Shown one piece after another: positions 36,461 to 49,330 of a DNA stretch of 64,000 nt (position 1 is the stretch's first letter; the number at the start of each line of letters is the position of its first letter). Made by a program: the position numbers and the translations under genes. The DNA lies in the NCBI RefSeq assembly GCF_023055435.1, contig NW_025963780.1, positions 7,874,001 through 7,938,000 of the forward strand, in the 5' to 3' direction. A model generated the notes under the pieces. That model was not told the origin of the DNA. It did not search any database and saw nothing but the letters and a program-made list of their open reading frames with translations. The DNA comes from Haliotis rufescens. Its lineage: Eukaryota.

Positions 36461-39400
36461 GTGAGTGAGTGAGTTAAGATTTAACGTCACATCGGCAGTA
36501 TTTCAGCCATATCGTGACGAGAAGTTCATTAATAATGCATATATTTATACACTAGAAAAAGCTGTCAACGATGGACATTACAATAACTAGAATATCACAG
36601 AGTCTATTTAAAACTAGTTGAGAATATATAAAAGTATTGGTGAACAACACAATATAAAAATGGGCTAGAGATCGTCAGTAACTAAAGGGAGACACCATAC
36701 TAGGGACCATGGGGACTTACTGTGCCTTTGCTTCCTGCATGGACCCCGGCAGGATTTATATCACTTCAGTCACTGGCGACAGTGTACCATTTAAGCCAAA
36801 GATTAAAATGACGAATATTCTACGATTAAAAGCATGGCATGCAGAAAAATACTTCAAATGATGTGGGACTTACATACCCTCTTAGGGGGACAATAATTTT
36901 ACGCTACTCCAACCCCCCTCGAGGGTACATCCACTTATAATCAAGTTATTAATTAGCACTATCAATTTTTAAAACAATACAGAAACCACATCAAAATTTA
37001 TGAATAAGTTCTGTTTCATTTAAAAAACATAGTATTAAATGAGAATGAACTTTACTAAAAAGGTACTTCACTGTTTTTACACTTAAATATTTATCCCTTG
37101 TGATGAAAAAATCAATACAGTCAAGCAGGACATGCTTGACCGTGATTCTTTCATCACAAGGGACACAAAACGGAGGATCCTCACCTTTTAATATATACTC
37201 ATGTGTATATCTCGAGTGGCCAATACGACATCGTCACGTAATGACCTCTTCAAATCTGGACTGACAGCCCAAGTGGGTGTAACCAATATTTGGTTTAATT
37301 TCATGTGATTTATTAATACCCACTTGGGTGTCCCACTTCTTTTGCATCAGATCACGCATGTAAGATCTAATTATAGGTTTATAATCACTGTATGGTAAAA
37401 GTGTTGTCAAAGATTTGTTGAGTGCTGCTTTTGCAGCAGCATTAGCCATTGTGTTACCAATGATACCAACATGACTTGGTAACCAACAAAAGACGATGTC
37501 ATATTGGCCAGTAGCAAGATCATTAATTAATTCGAGAATTTGGATTAAAAGTGGATGGTTCGATGACATATTTTTAATCACTTGAAGGCACGAAGGTGAA
37601 TCAGAAAAAATAATGAATTGTTAATGTTTAGATTGATTACTGATATAGTTTAGTGCTGTAAAAATGGCGTATGCTTCTGCTGTGAATATGGAACTGTTAT
37701 CGGGTAATCGTGAAGATACTGTTCTGGATCCAATGACAGTGGCACTAGCAACTGCGCCACCATCCTTGGATCCATCTGTTAATATAGATGTATAAGTGTA
37801 GTAAGTGTTTCTTTATTGATGCTATTCTTGTTGGCAAATTAATAGTTTTAAATAGACTCAAGTTGAGTAGGGGCTATATAGAGGATGGAGCCATAATCAA
37901 GTTTTGTACGGATCAGTGATCTATACAAATGTAAGTGGGTTGTTAGAAACTACTTTCAATAAATCGAGTGCCTTCAGACATTTGGCTTTTAGGTATTTAG
38001 TATGTGGGAGGAAAGTTAAATGGTTATAAAAAAAGTCCCAAGAACTTGGCCTCCTTCACATCTTTGATAGGGGTGCTATTTAGAAAAAGTTCAGGGTCCT
38101 TGTGCGGTTATATATATTTTCTGCAGAAATGTATACAGTTAGTTTTTGATTTGGAACATTTAAACCCGTTCTCTAGACACCACTTGTGAATTTTATTGAG
38201 ACATAATTGTAATTGCCTTTCTATTGTGTGCATATTTTTACAACGACAAGATATATTAAAATTATCCACAAAAAGTGATCCATCAACTGAATCATTTAAA
38301 ACTTTCGATAAACTATTGATATTAATGCTGAATAATGTGACAGACAAAATACTGCCCTGTTGGACGCCCTGATCCTGATTATAATAATCAGACAGGGTAG
38401 TACCCACGCGGACTTGAAATTGTCTGTCTGTTAAAAAGTTGGATATAAACTGAGGCAAACGACTTGGCAATCCAAAGTTATGTAAATCTTTTAAAATACC
38501 ATTTTACCATGTAGTGTCATATGCTTTTTCGAGATCGAAAAAGATAGACACTGCATGTTGTTTGTTTATTATGGCATTTTTTACAAATGATTCTAAACGT
38601 ACTAAATGATCGATCGTACTTCTGTTTTTACGGAAACCACATTGTATATTTGTAATGAGATTATCGGTACCAAACAAGTCGATTATTTATCATGCGTTCC
38701 ATGGTTTTGCAAACGCAGCTAGTCAATGAAATTGGTCGATAATTTGATGGATCTGTGTGATCACGTCCTTGTTTAGGTATTGGAACAACAATGGCATCAC
38801 GCCAAGACGGTGGAAATAGTCCTGACGTCCAAATTTCATGAAAAATATTTAACAGTGATTGTATACATGATTCTGGTAAGTGCTTCAGGAGTTGATAATG
38901 TATGTTATCATTTCCAAGAGCGTATTGTGAGATTGTCCGAGGGCAGTATGTAGTTCATGAATAGAAAATATTTCATTGTAATCTTCCCCATTATCTGAAT
39001 TAAAACTAATAGGTTTCTTTTCCTGCTGTTTTTGGTATTTTTGAAATTGAGGCACATAATTGGAGGAGGAAGAATGTTTGGCCAAAGTATCACCCAGTTT
39101 ATTTGCAATATCAGATTTATCAATTAACAACTCATTCCCATTCTTAAGATGGTGAATGCCAGATTTAGGTCCCTTACCTTTGATTTTCTTGACCATGTTC
39201 CATACCTTGGACATGGGCGTAGGTGAATTGATTTTTGAAACGTAAGCTTGCCAAGACTTGCGTTTATTTTGTTTAAACGTACACCGTGCTTTAGCATTTG
39301 CGATTTTGAATTTATTTTTATGTACCATAGGATGGCGACGGAAAAAATGTTTAGCTTTCTTCCGTGCCTTGCTAGCTTGTTTGCAAGTATCATTAAACCA

Positions 39401-41870
39401 TGGTTTACGGATGTGTGGATTTGCAGAGGACTTGGGAATGCATTCATCAGCTTTTTTGTTAAGTTCATCAGAAAACAGTTTTATTGAATCAGGAACATCA
39501 ACAAAACGATCAGGATTTAATTAGCTCATACAAAGTAACTCGAACAAAGACCAGTTAGCTTTAGTGAAATTCCATCTTGATGATGGGGGAACATCGGATG
39601 GAGTTATTGTTTGAAGAAAAGTCGGAAAATGGTCACCTCCACACAGGTTGTCGTTGACTGACCATTCGAATTCATTTAGAAGCTGAGAGTTGGTAAGTGA
39701 TAGATCTAGAGATGAATAGGTGCCTGTGCCTGGATGTAATAGGTTTTAGAGTTATCATTAAAAATGCATAGAGCGTTGTCAGAAATGAAATCTTCCAATG
39801 TCTTCCCTTTACGGTTTGAATCAGCACTAACCCAAAGTGGATTATGTCCATTTAAATCGCCCATAATGACACAGGGCTTGGGAAGATGGTCATAGAGCGC
39901 CTTAAGATCTGTCTGTTGAAGAGTAGAAGATGGCGTAACATAAAATGAACATAATGTCAATACAATGTTTAGAGTTAATTCGTACAGCAACAGCTTGAAG
40001 TGGCGTATCTAGTAGAACAGGGCTATGTATAACATCCTGCCTCACCAATACTGAAGATCCCCCAGGGGCTCTGAGTCCTGGAGGGGAGAAGTGGTTATAT
40101 GCATTATATTGTTTTATCTGGATTTGGTCAGTATCTTTATGATAAGTTTCCTGTAAACAAAAAGCCGATGGTTTAAAATCCTGGATTAATAATTGCAAAT
40201 CATTGAAATTGTTCCTTAGTCCTCTGCAATTTCATTGGATAATAGCAGAAGAACAACTCATGGTGGCTCAACTGGAGATCGAGAGCGGGAAGGAGGTCCA
40301 TTCGCTTGATCTGGGAGCGAGGGACTTACCTCCATTTCCAGAGGTCCAAAAGTAATATGTACGTCTACAGGGGTTGTAGTAGGAGAAGGCATCTCCAAGA
40401 TCCCTGGCCCTTCTCCTCTGCCTTTTTTTGTTTGTTAGACAAGTTGGCTTCACCTTGTAAATCTCCAATGCCCTTGATAGATTCTGATTCAAATGGTTGA
40501 GTTGCTGTAGGTTCAGATAAAGGATTCTCTGTTTGGGAAGCAGATGTTACCAGCTAGGGGCTATTTTGAGATATCTGGGTAGAGTCGTCAAGTGCAATCT
40601 GAGTATCCTTAACCCAAGAGATAGCAGTTTGAGTGCAGGCTGTGGATACTTTGACAGCTGGAGTTGGGGCTGACACAGCAGCTGAAAATGTTTTGGTGAA
40701 AGTTGCTTGTGATGGAAGAAATATTTTTTGGCTTCTGTATATGAAATATTGTTGGTACATTTGATTTTTAGTATTTTTGATTCACGATCAAAGGCAGTGT
40801 TGACAATACTGTCAGCTTGTGTTATTCTTATGAAGCGCTTAACTGAGGTAACACCTTGGTTGGACAATTCATGCGCTATTTCATATTTCATCCTCTGTCT
40901 GCGAGACAGCGAGCACGATCTCGGACAATTCCTTTACAGGAATTAAGCGATTTGCGTGCAGAAACAACAACCTTTGTGTTAACAAATTACTGGATACTCA
41001 GCAGATTAACAGATTGTTGCTTCCGATCACACTCAACAAGGATTGAACCAGAACGAAGACGTGTCATGTTCTTTACTTCCCCACACATACTTTGTATTCC
41101 CTTTGAGATTGCAAAAGGGTTCAGTTTTAGGGGATCGCTACAGCGGCTGACATGACAATGAACCTTGGCCATGAGTCAGGGACATCTTCATCTGTGAAGG
41201 GACATCTTCATCAGATGAAAGAGAATCTAAATGCCTGCGTTTGTTTGTTTTAGATGAACCAGAGTGAGGATTGAAAGCCATGTTGTAAGAAAATATTTCA
41301 GCACCCCTGCCATCGAGTGTCAACAAGGACAGTGCCAGAGTGGAAACCAGTCTGGAACACCAGGGTTACAGGGGTGTTATACTCCAGAAATAAAGACACG
41401 AAAAGCTGTTGTTAATAAAAGGACAAATGTCAGGCTTGTTCGACCCATGGCCTTTTCCTATAAAAACACAGAATTCAGCAGTCCGTATCACCAGATTGGC
41501 CCATGAGCCACCGCCTTCTGGCAAAAGACTCATTAATAACATTATCATATTTCATGATAAACCATTTATTTCCTTTGATATTTCTAAATATAAGTTTTCC
41601 ATGCACAGGGCATGGCGTGACAAGCCGATTGGTAGATTCGGGCCAATTCTACCACTAGGCTAGGTGAAGTAAGTGTCGAAGTGGTGTGTTGGGCAAAAGG
41701 AACACCTGTTCCGGGATCCAGTGCCCTCAAGCACCAGAATCCCGTCCTCCACCGACACAGGGGTCGGTCGCCTTTTACGACCAGCAATGGGGTGCTGAGG
41801 ACACATTCTACTAAGAACTATTAGCGTTACCCAGCACTCACCACGTGGAGGCTGCTCTTCACGAGTGCCA
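36461..41870 (-). mobile_element. End-to-end I-group (Nimb-like) LINE with RNase H, inactivated
   Basis: 11-bp TSD AATTGTCTGGA at 36450-36460 and 41871-41881; (ACTC)n tail. ORF1 runs from ~41281 (LNPFAISKGIQ...RLRSGSILVEC). ORF2 spans ~40261-36991 with APE endonuclease (FCLQET, MGDLNGHNPLW), RT (QGSILS, LFVDNF) and RNase H (TDGSK, FCWLPSHVGIIGN). Contains stops, frameshifts and internal deletions. Confidence 0.95.
41813..41869 (-). ncRNA. HDV-like self-cleaving ribozyme (predicted) at the LINE 5' end
   Basis: Minus strand: GGCACTC GTG AAGAGCA GCC TCCACGT GGT GAGTGCT GG GTAAC G C TAA TAGTTCTT = P1, J1/2, P2, P3, L3, P3', P1', P1.1, minimal P4, J4/2, P2'. Confidence 0.85.
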
Positions 41871-42859
41871 AATTGTCTGGAAAGAATGTTCTACTGACAG
41901 ACCGCTGATTCAATTATACCTTCTACCTTCGTTGCTGGGGAACAATGAACTAATAATCAAATGAAATGACATTCACAAGGGTTTTCAAAAGGACTTCATA
42001 AATATATATTAACTGATTTAGATGTTTGAGACCTGTATATTACAAACTTCCGACTGTGAGACCATCTTGGATTTCTGAATGAGGTTATATTACTGGACCT
42101 TGTGCTCATCATCCACACCTAGTTTCATCAGGAGCACTTATTAGTATGGGAAAATAGTCTAAAATAAGGTATATTATCTAAATTTCGACCAAGCAGAGGA
42201 CTCCACTCCGTTGCTATTGTAATAAAATGTGCTTTATGTTAAAAAAATATATCTAAGTATCTCTTATCGAAATGGAACAGCTAAATGTCGACCAATCAGA
42301 TGTCTCGATTCGTTGCCATGATGGTAAGTAAACCTGTTCGGTCGAGTCCTAAAATACATTGTACCTAAACACCAAATTTGAACGAAATGTCTGAATATCG
42401 ATCAATCAGCTCTGCACATGCCCCTCTCCGTTGTCATGGAAGCAAGACAGTAACGTAAATAAAGGCATATTATGCATATTGTATAATATCCCCAGATACC
42501 CCTTTGTAACAAGATTGAACAAATTCCGCTAAATGACATGTCAGTAATGACCACTTAAAGAAAGCCTGTAAATAACGACCAGGTGCAGTGCACTTACACA
42601 AATTCCATTGCTCTACTATATGGTGTTCCTGAGAAAACGCGATAAATTTAAGGAAGAATACTTTCTATTACGAATAATTATAAGAAAGCGAGCAAAAACA
42701 ACGAAAAACGTGAAAAAAGCAAAAAGTTCCCTTTATTTCCAATCAAACTTGGTTTATAAGAATCTTTTACAATAAGGGTCGATATGTATACGATATCAAC
42801 CCTTAATGTAAACTATTTTTTTTACATAAAGGTTTGCGGGTTGTTATTCTTAATTTAAA

Positions 42860-43380
42860 AAATAGACATTAAGAGTTAACACGTAACCTTTAAAATGCAA
42901 TTTCTTTTGAGAGTATTTTTTTCATTAAGCTAGAAAAAATAGAAAGAAAGCTGAGAAATGTTTCCGCCGATATCCTACTGTGCAAAACTTCAATAACGGT
43001 TAAATCATAAGCACCAAGGCAAGACATCAACTCTGGAGGAACCATGAATCCAAAATCAAGTCCTGCACACCCATGTCCAAGGTGTGGAACATGAAGGTTC
43101 AAAATCTAGAGGTCACCATCTCAAAGATTGCAACAAACTATTAACAACTTACTCTGAAATCTTGCAAACAACATTGGTGAAACTTTGGCAAACCTTTCCT
43201 CATCAATCTAACTATAACCAGTTTGATAGATGCCAATTAACAACAGAAAAGAAAAAGGTCAAATATAACTCTGAAAATGGCCAGGACTACAACGAAACAG
43301 TTTTACTCCATGAATTTCATACTGCCCTAGGGCCAGCTTACGACACTGTAGCCGAAGCCGACATCATTCATTCATTCTTG
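42860..43380 (+). mobile_element. Old LINE ORF2 fragment
   Basis: KYNSENGQDYNETVLLHEFHTALG parallels SFNSDNGEDYNEIFSIHELHTALG of the 36-41 kb LINE. Confidence 0.7.
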
Positions 43381-44714
43381 GCTCCTGACACACTTGCCCG
43401 ATTCAAAACGCTTCTTTAAGGATTCTTAAAATGGTTACTACACATGCTTTATATTCGCTATCAATGGATACTTAGGTATATATTTTATACACTCAAGACA
43501 GTTACGAACAGTAACACTCCATGATACAGTTAGAATAAACAATCTAGAACGGTCGTCCCATGAAAGCATTTATCGATTACGTAAGATAATGAGGTAGCTA
43601 GTCACGTGATCAAGTGACGTCATACCGGACAGTTGTCGCATTAAAACACACAACTTAGAAACGGTGCCACGTCGAATCGCTTATCGAAAAATCTGACTAA
43701 TAACTCGAACGACAGGAATACTGACGACGATTCCAGCATTTCACAAAAAAACTGACGATCCCGATCTCTACGATGTTTTGAATAGGCCTCATACACAACT
43801 GTATTCTAGTCATTTACGTACCATATTTTCAGCTGTCACGGTAAAAGTTGTAGTCATTATTACCGCAATGATAGACGAACATGCTAAGCCACGTCTACGT
43901 GGGACAGTAAATGCTATAATCTCAAATCTCAAAGTTACAAATAAATGATTTTAAGATAATATTTAAGACCTTTCACCTTCATAATTTGATGTTATAACAC
44001 ATTTTATGACGAAATGTACCCAAGGGAAGGATCGAATATGGGGATAAACATTTCTGTGAAATACATTTACGTCATTCAATGCAAGAACTGGTACTAGGGT
44101 ACTAGTACAGTACCCTAAATTCGTTCGCGTATCAAATCAATGTTGCCAGAGGAGAAGCAATGTAATAGTGCATCGAAGTTCAATTTTATTAATTTATCAG
44201 TTTCCATAGACTGGTAAGCTGTTGTGGGACTTATCGTGAAATATATATTTACAACAAATTATATAGGGATACATAAAATGTAAAAATATTATGTGCTTTT
44301 AATGTGATTTTCAAAAAAAATACGAAATATGTGAAATAAAATTAAGTTTTGCTGTTATTTTTAGGGAACTGTACCATGAAGAAATTTATAGTTTGCGTAT
44401 TATAAGCTATATCAGAATTTTGTTGATAGGTGTAATGCATCAAATATTCTCCTTAACTGCCAGCGAGTGAAACAGAAATATTCTTCATTGCCTCATAATA
44501 ATGTGACATGAATAAAGTGATCAGTTCAAAAGCAAGACCTGCAATCAAATTTAGGATTAACGAGCACAAAACTGAAGGTGTAAATAATTTATTTGCATAC
44601 CATTTTTAAACATATAGTGCTCGCTATGTTGCATACTGCCGACGTACCACATGGACCCATTGAAAGCTAGGAAAACATGATTGTCCCATGCCATCATATG
44701 AGGCGAGGTGTAAT

Positions 44715-44978
44715 GGGGTTTAACGTATGTGCGTGCGTGCGTGCGTGTACCAGTCCGCTGAGATACCATGCTGCAGTTAAACATGAATACCCAACTCAGA
44801 CACAGGATACTGACGCCGAGCCGATCAGTGATTGTTTACTTGTTTTAGCCCCTTGACGCTGAGCACCAGGCAGGGTAACAACTAGCACCATCTTTTAACG
44901 TCTTTTGGTATGACGCGGCCAGGTTTGGAACCCTCGACCTTCCTTTCCGGACACTTCCCCTAGGCCACGGATGCGGTC
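44715..44978 (-). mobile_element. tRNA-derived SINE of another family (related degraded copy ~53463-53610 +)
   Basis: The minus strand has an A-box-like GTGGCCTAG, a B-box-like GGGTTCCAAACC and the body GTCATACCAAAAGACGTTAAAAGATGGT. (GCAC)n tail at ~44729-44746. Confidence 0.6.
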
Positions 44979-45074
44979 TATACCATCATGTGTGGTGACT
45001 GCAATTTGGGAAAACGTTCCATCTGAAGAAGCGGCTGGATTGAAGTACTAGGGACCTTCTAAATACATCAGATT

Positions 45075-45742
45075 CAGTCACTTATGATTTAAGTTCATAC
45101 ATCCGACACTTAATGATGTCAGTTTATGCACCAGTGTCTAATGACTTCAGTTTATACATCAACCACTTACGATTTCAGTGACACTTATGACTTTAGTTCA
45201 CACATCAGCCACTTACGATTTCAGTTCACACATTAGACACTTAGAATGTATAATTTCAGTTCATACATCAGGCACTTATGACTTCAGTTCATACATTTGA
45301 CACTTATGACTACGGTTAATACATCAGGCACTTATGACTTCAGTTCACACATTAGACACTTATGACTTCAGTTCATACATCAGGCACTTATGACTTCAGT
45401 TCATACATTAAACACATGACTTCAGTTCATACATGACACACTTACAATGTATGACTTCAGTTCATACATCAGGCACTTATGACTTCAGTTCATACATCAG
45501 GCACTTATGACTTCAGTTCATACATTAGACACTTATGACTTCAGTTCATACATTAGACACTTATGACTTCAGTTCATACATTATACACTCACAATGTATG
45601 ACTTCAGTTCATACATCAGGCACTTATGACTTCAGTTCATACATTAGACACTTATAACTTCAGTTCATACATCAGGCACTTATGACTTCAGTTCACACAT
45701 TAGACACTTATCTATTCAGTTCATACATCAGGCGCTTATGAT
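45075..45742. repeat. 28-bp minisatellite, roughly 23-24 copies
   Basis: Unit ACTTATGACTTCAGTTCATACAT(CAGGC/TAGAC). Confidence 0.95.
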
Positions 45743-48479
45743 TTTGAGTTTAAGTCGAGATGTCAGTTCCTGTTTACTTGTTTCTACAACACCGTCTGTA
45801 GCAAATTCGTGATTTCACAGTCTTTCATAGTCACTTCCTGCCAGCTTGTAGATCACAATGATAGCTAAAAATAGTTATTATTTCGGAATTAATTAATAAA
45901 GTTTGATTCTGACCAGAACAAATATATGGAATTTTAGAATAAAACACTTCCAGGACACATGACACTCGAAATGGTGTTTTCCACTGGCGGGTGCAACAAC
46001 TCAACACGTCTGAACAGGCTGAAATGTTGACGTGTGCTGCTGAATATCTGTACTGGACTGTGTTGCTTTGAAAATAATGAATTTAGACACAGTGATTAAG
46101 CGTAAACAATTATTATTATAGTAATCGATAACAATTATGGCAATTCTTATTTTCCTAAACCAAGTGGCCTTGTGACTAGTGCATGTAGAACGAATGCCCA
46201 ATCTCTAATGAATGACAAGACTACGGCCAAAACCTTCGACATGCGCAAAAACTATGACAGAAAATCAAAGTACAGTAAAATCGATCTACACAAACAATTC
46301 GAGAAAATGAAAGCTGTGAGAGGTACAAGCGAGCATGTAATATTGTACAACTTAATATTGTCAATCAAGTTCAAACCTTCTTCACTCACTCACACTCCTA
46401 TTTGTTCTAACCGTCGTCGCTTCTGAAATGGCCCCCTCTCGGCGAACCATGCACCTTTCGTGATCGTATTCTTGCTCATGCCGTCGATAGCCAGGGGGAT
46501 GTCCGGTGCAGTGGCAAGGCACCTTGAATGACATCACCAGATTGATCTCAAGGCATCAACACACAGGCGGTGTCCAAGACCGGCCGAGGGTCAGGCAGGA
46601 CCGTTGCACCCGAGTGACGCATCTGCATGACTTTGTTTAACTTAGTTTGAGGGATATTGTTAGAGCATGGACAAAGTAGCCATGGTTTAAACAGTTGTAA
46701 ATAATATTGCTATGATAAAATATGTTTGAGAAATTTGTTATTAAAAATAACTTTGTATTCATAACTCAATTGCAGATATTTCGAATTGTTCTCGTCGCTA
46801 TACTGCTGAAATAATGCCGATGCGGCGTTAAATCTTAACTCACTCACTCACTCTTGTATAATATAGCTGAATAAGAATGTGTACAGTTGCTACAGAAGAC
46901 TCATCAGTGGTTAATATGAAAGGATTATCCCATTGGTGCAGAGATGAGAGCATTATTTTAGGAATCAAAGGAATCCAAGTTGATCATTGACATGTTGTGT
47001 CCTTTTGCAATAAAATATTTAATGGAACAGCATTTTAGCAAGTTTGTAGACAAATCTGTGATAGTAACCTGCAAGGCCACAAAAACTGAACAATATGTTG
47101 CTGTGTTTTCAATGTTATGTGTTTCAAATTTCAATGGATCAACGTCAATGCCTTCCCTTTAAAAATGTGTCTAAGGTAGGTTACATTCTTTGTCGTGTCC
47201 TACCTTCTTGACTGCAAATCTGCATTTACTACGTGATTTTCAGAAAGAAACGGAAATGATCTGCCATTGTTTTGCTGATTGTGCACATATAGCTGCAGGT
47301 CCTCTCCCGATGCCCTGTCCTTCAGGCAACTCTACAGGAACTCGGCAATGTTCTTTCTGAAAAGTGGAACAATCTTCCCTTGGCAACCACCCAGACACTT
47401 ATCGCATCACGTGGATCACATTCGTTCTATTGGGAGTTTTTTCGGACAATGAAGTTGTTTTCGTGACTTTTTGACGTTTCAGTTTTGGACAAATACTCTC
47501 ACTTTGACGGGTGAACAGACTTATTATCGGTCACATGACTTTTGTTAGAATAGATTTGCACATGACAATGGACTTTTGTTCTTTAAACATGTCTCAACGC
47601 AATAATGTCTCAACAGAAACACACTTTGAAATACGACCCTCTAAATGGACCCTAAATGGACCCTAAACAAACTATGAGTAATATAGTTTTAAGGAAATCT
47701 ATTCATAAGATTAGTTAGTTGTGCAGGTGTGAAACAATCCAAGAAAGTTGTGCTCAAATGTGAGGTAGGATACTTTGATAGGCATTGTTATAGAGCCTAG
47801 CAGCACTGGATGTGTCACCATCAAGACCTACAATATTGTTTTGTGAACGGAAGGTTTCAACTTGTTCATAGAATAGCCTGCGTTTTGGAGGATGTTTTGA
47901 GTAACCCCATATATCAGCCCTCCTACCAATCAAATCAGGTGTATGGGTTTTATTGATATTAATCTGAATACTATTTTTATCAAGGGAAGCATCTGGAGAA
48001 CTTTTGAGGTGTCTGAATTAAACAGGTTTAACTGGTGTTGGATCTCTCACAATAGTATGCAAACAATTATTCTTGACGAGGTCAAAATGCGAAAACAAGG
48101 ACCCTAGGACCCGATCCCTTCCACCCCAAGTGTTTTGTTATACCGAAATCCACTTTAAAATTTATGAAGTATTTTAACCGTCCTCTGTTTTGTTACAGTA
48201 ACGTAGCTAGTAACTGTAAAATGTTCTTACCAGACGCCATCTTATTTTCTAGCAGACTAGTCAACGTGACATGTCAATACTGAGAGTCAATATTCGAGGT
48301 CAGTGTCAGTCACATTATGTCGGGGTCTACACTGAAATGTATAGTTTCATCATGTGTTATGTATTAATCAATGAAATTGCAGGATTCGTTATCGAGGTAT
48401 AACAATATATATATTATTTAGTGCTAATAAGAAGAATAATTACCATACCTCTTATGAAGAATCCGTAGCCTCGTCCAAA

Positions 48480-49330
48480 ATATTTTGGCATTTTTAACAG
48501 TGCAGATCAGTTCTACATGACTGCGCCTTCTACAGCACCTGCAGATAAGTTGCCAGTAAGGACAATGTGCTCTATACGGACACCCAGACGGACATTCGCA
48601 AATTGGACGCTATTTTCGGTGATGTGGCCGCGGATGTCTTGATGGTGACTGCCATAATGACGAGGGTTGATTTGTCCTCGGCTGGTGGTCTCTGCGGTTT
48701 TCCTGTGATTGACCGGGTGCATACTGCTGTTGATGATAAATGTTAGTTCTCATCAAGCCTGTGGTTTAGCTGTTGGTACTGTTTCTGGTGGGGATGAAGA
48801 CGACTTACGAGGGTAGCCACAAGCATACTGTCCATCTCTTCGTTTCCAAAGCTGTTGACTTGGGGTGTTAACTGAAGTTATGTCTCTGTCTTTGTCATAG
48901 GAACTCACCCATCGGTGTAATGATAATGGTTAAACATGAATCAAGGATCTCGATTATTTTCATTTGAAAATTTTCATTAAAGCAATCAACACTCTTTGTG
49001 GGACCTTGCTGCACCTGGAGTTTTGTTGTATCAAATAATATAATCTAGGTTGCGTGAAATATCCTGAGACCTTATCTTTTGGCACATGTATGTGCGTGAC
49101 TTGGATAGAAGAGGTCCTGTATGGTGGGTAGACAGAAGCGGGGCTGGTTGGTGTAGACTTTGGAGGTAGACAAGTAGTGTTGGGATGACTACTTTTCTTG
49201 GCATTGAGAAGTTCAAGATCGTCCTATTTTCACCAATTGGGATTGCGATTATCTCAAGCTCTTTGGCCCTTAAACTAGAAGTATGTAAAATGTAGATTCC
49301 GACGACAGAGCAACTTATGCGTTCCAACAA
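48480..49330 (-). mobile_element. LTR-retrotransposon gag remnant
   Basis: The minus strand at ~48502-48545 reads CRCCRRRSHVELIC (CX2CX4HX4C knuckle), preceded by HCPYWQLI. The rest is highly decayed. Confidence 0.45.

Noticed and set aside
45075-45742. CRISPR-like 28-bp repeats
   Set aside because: Head-to-tail units without spacers, so it is a minisatellite.
46885-46912. Hammerhead CTGATGAG on the minus strand (and GATGAAGAGG..CCTC at ~62620)
   Set aside because: No GAAA box or completed helices.
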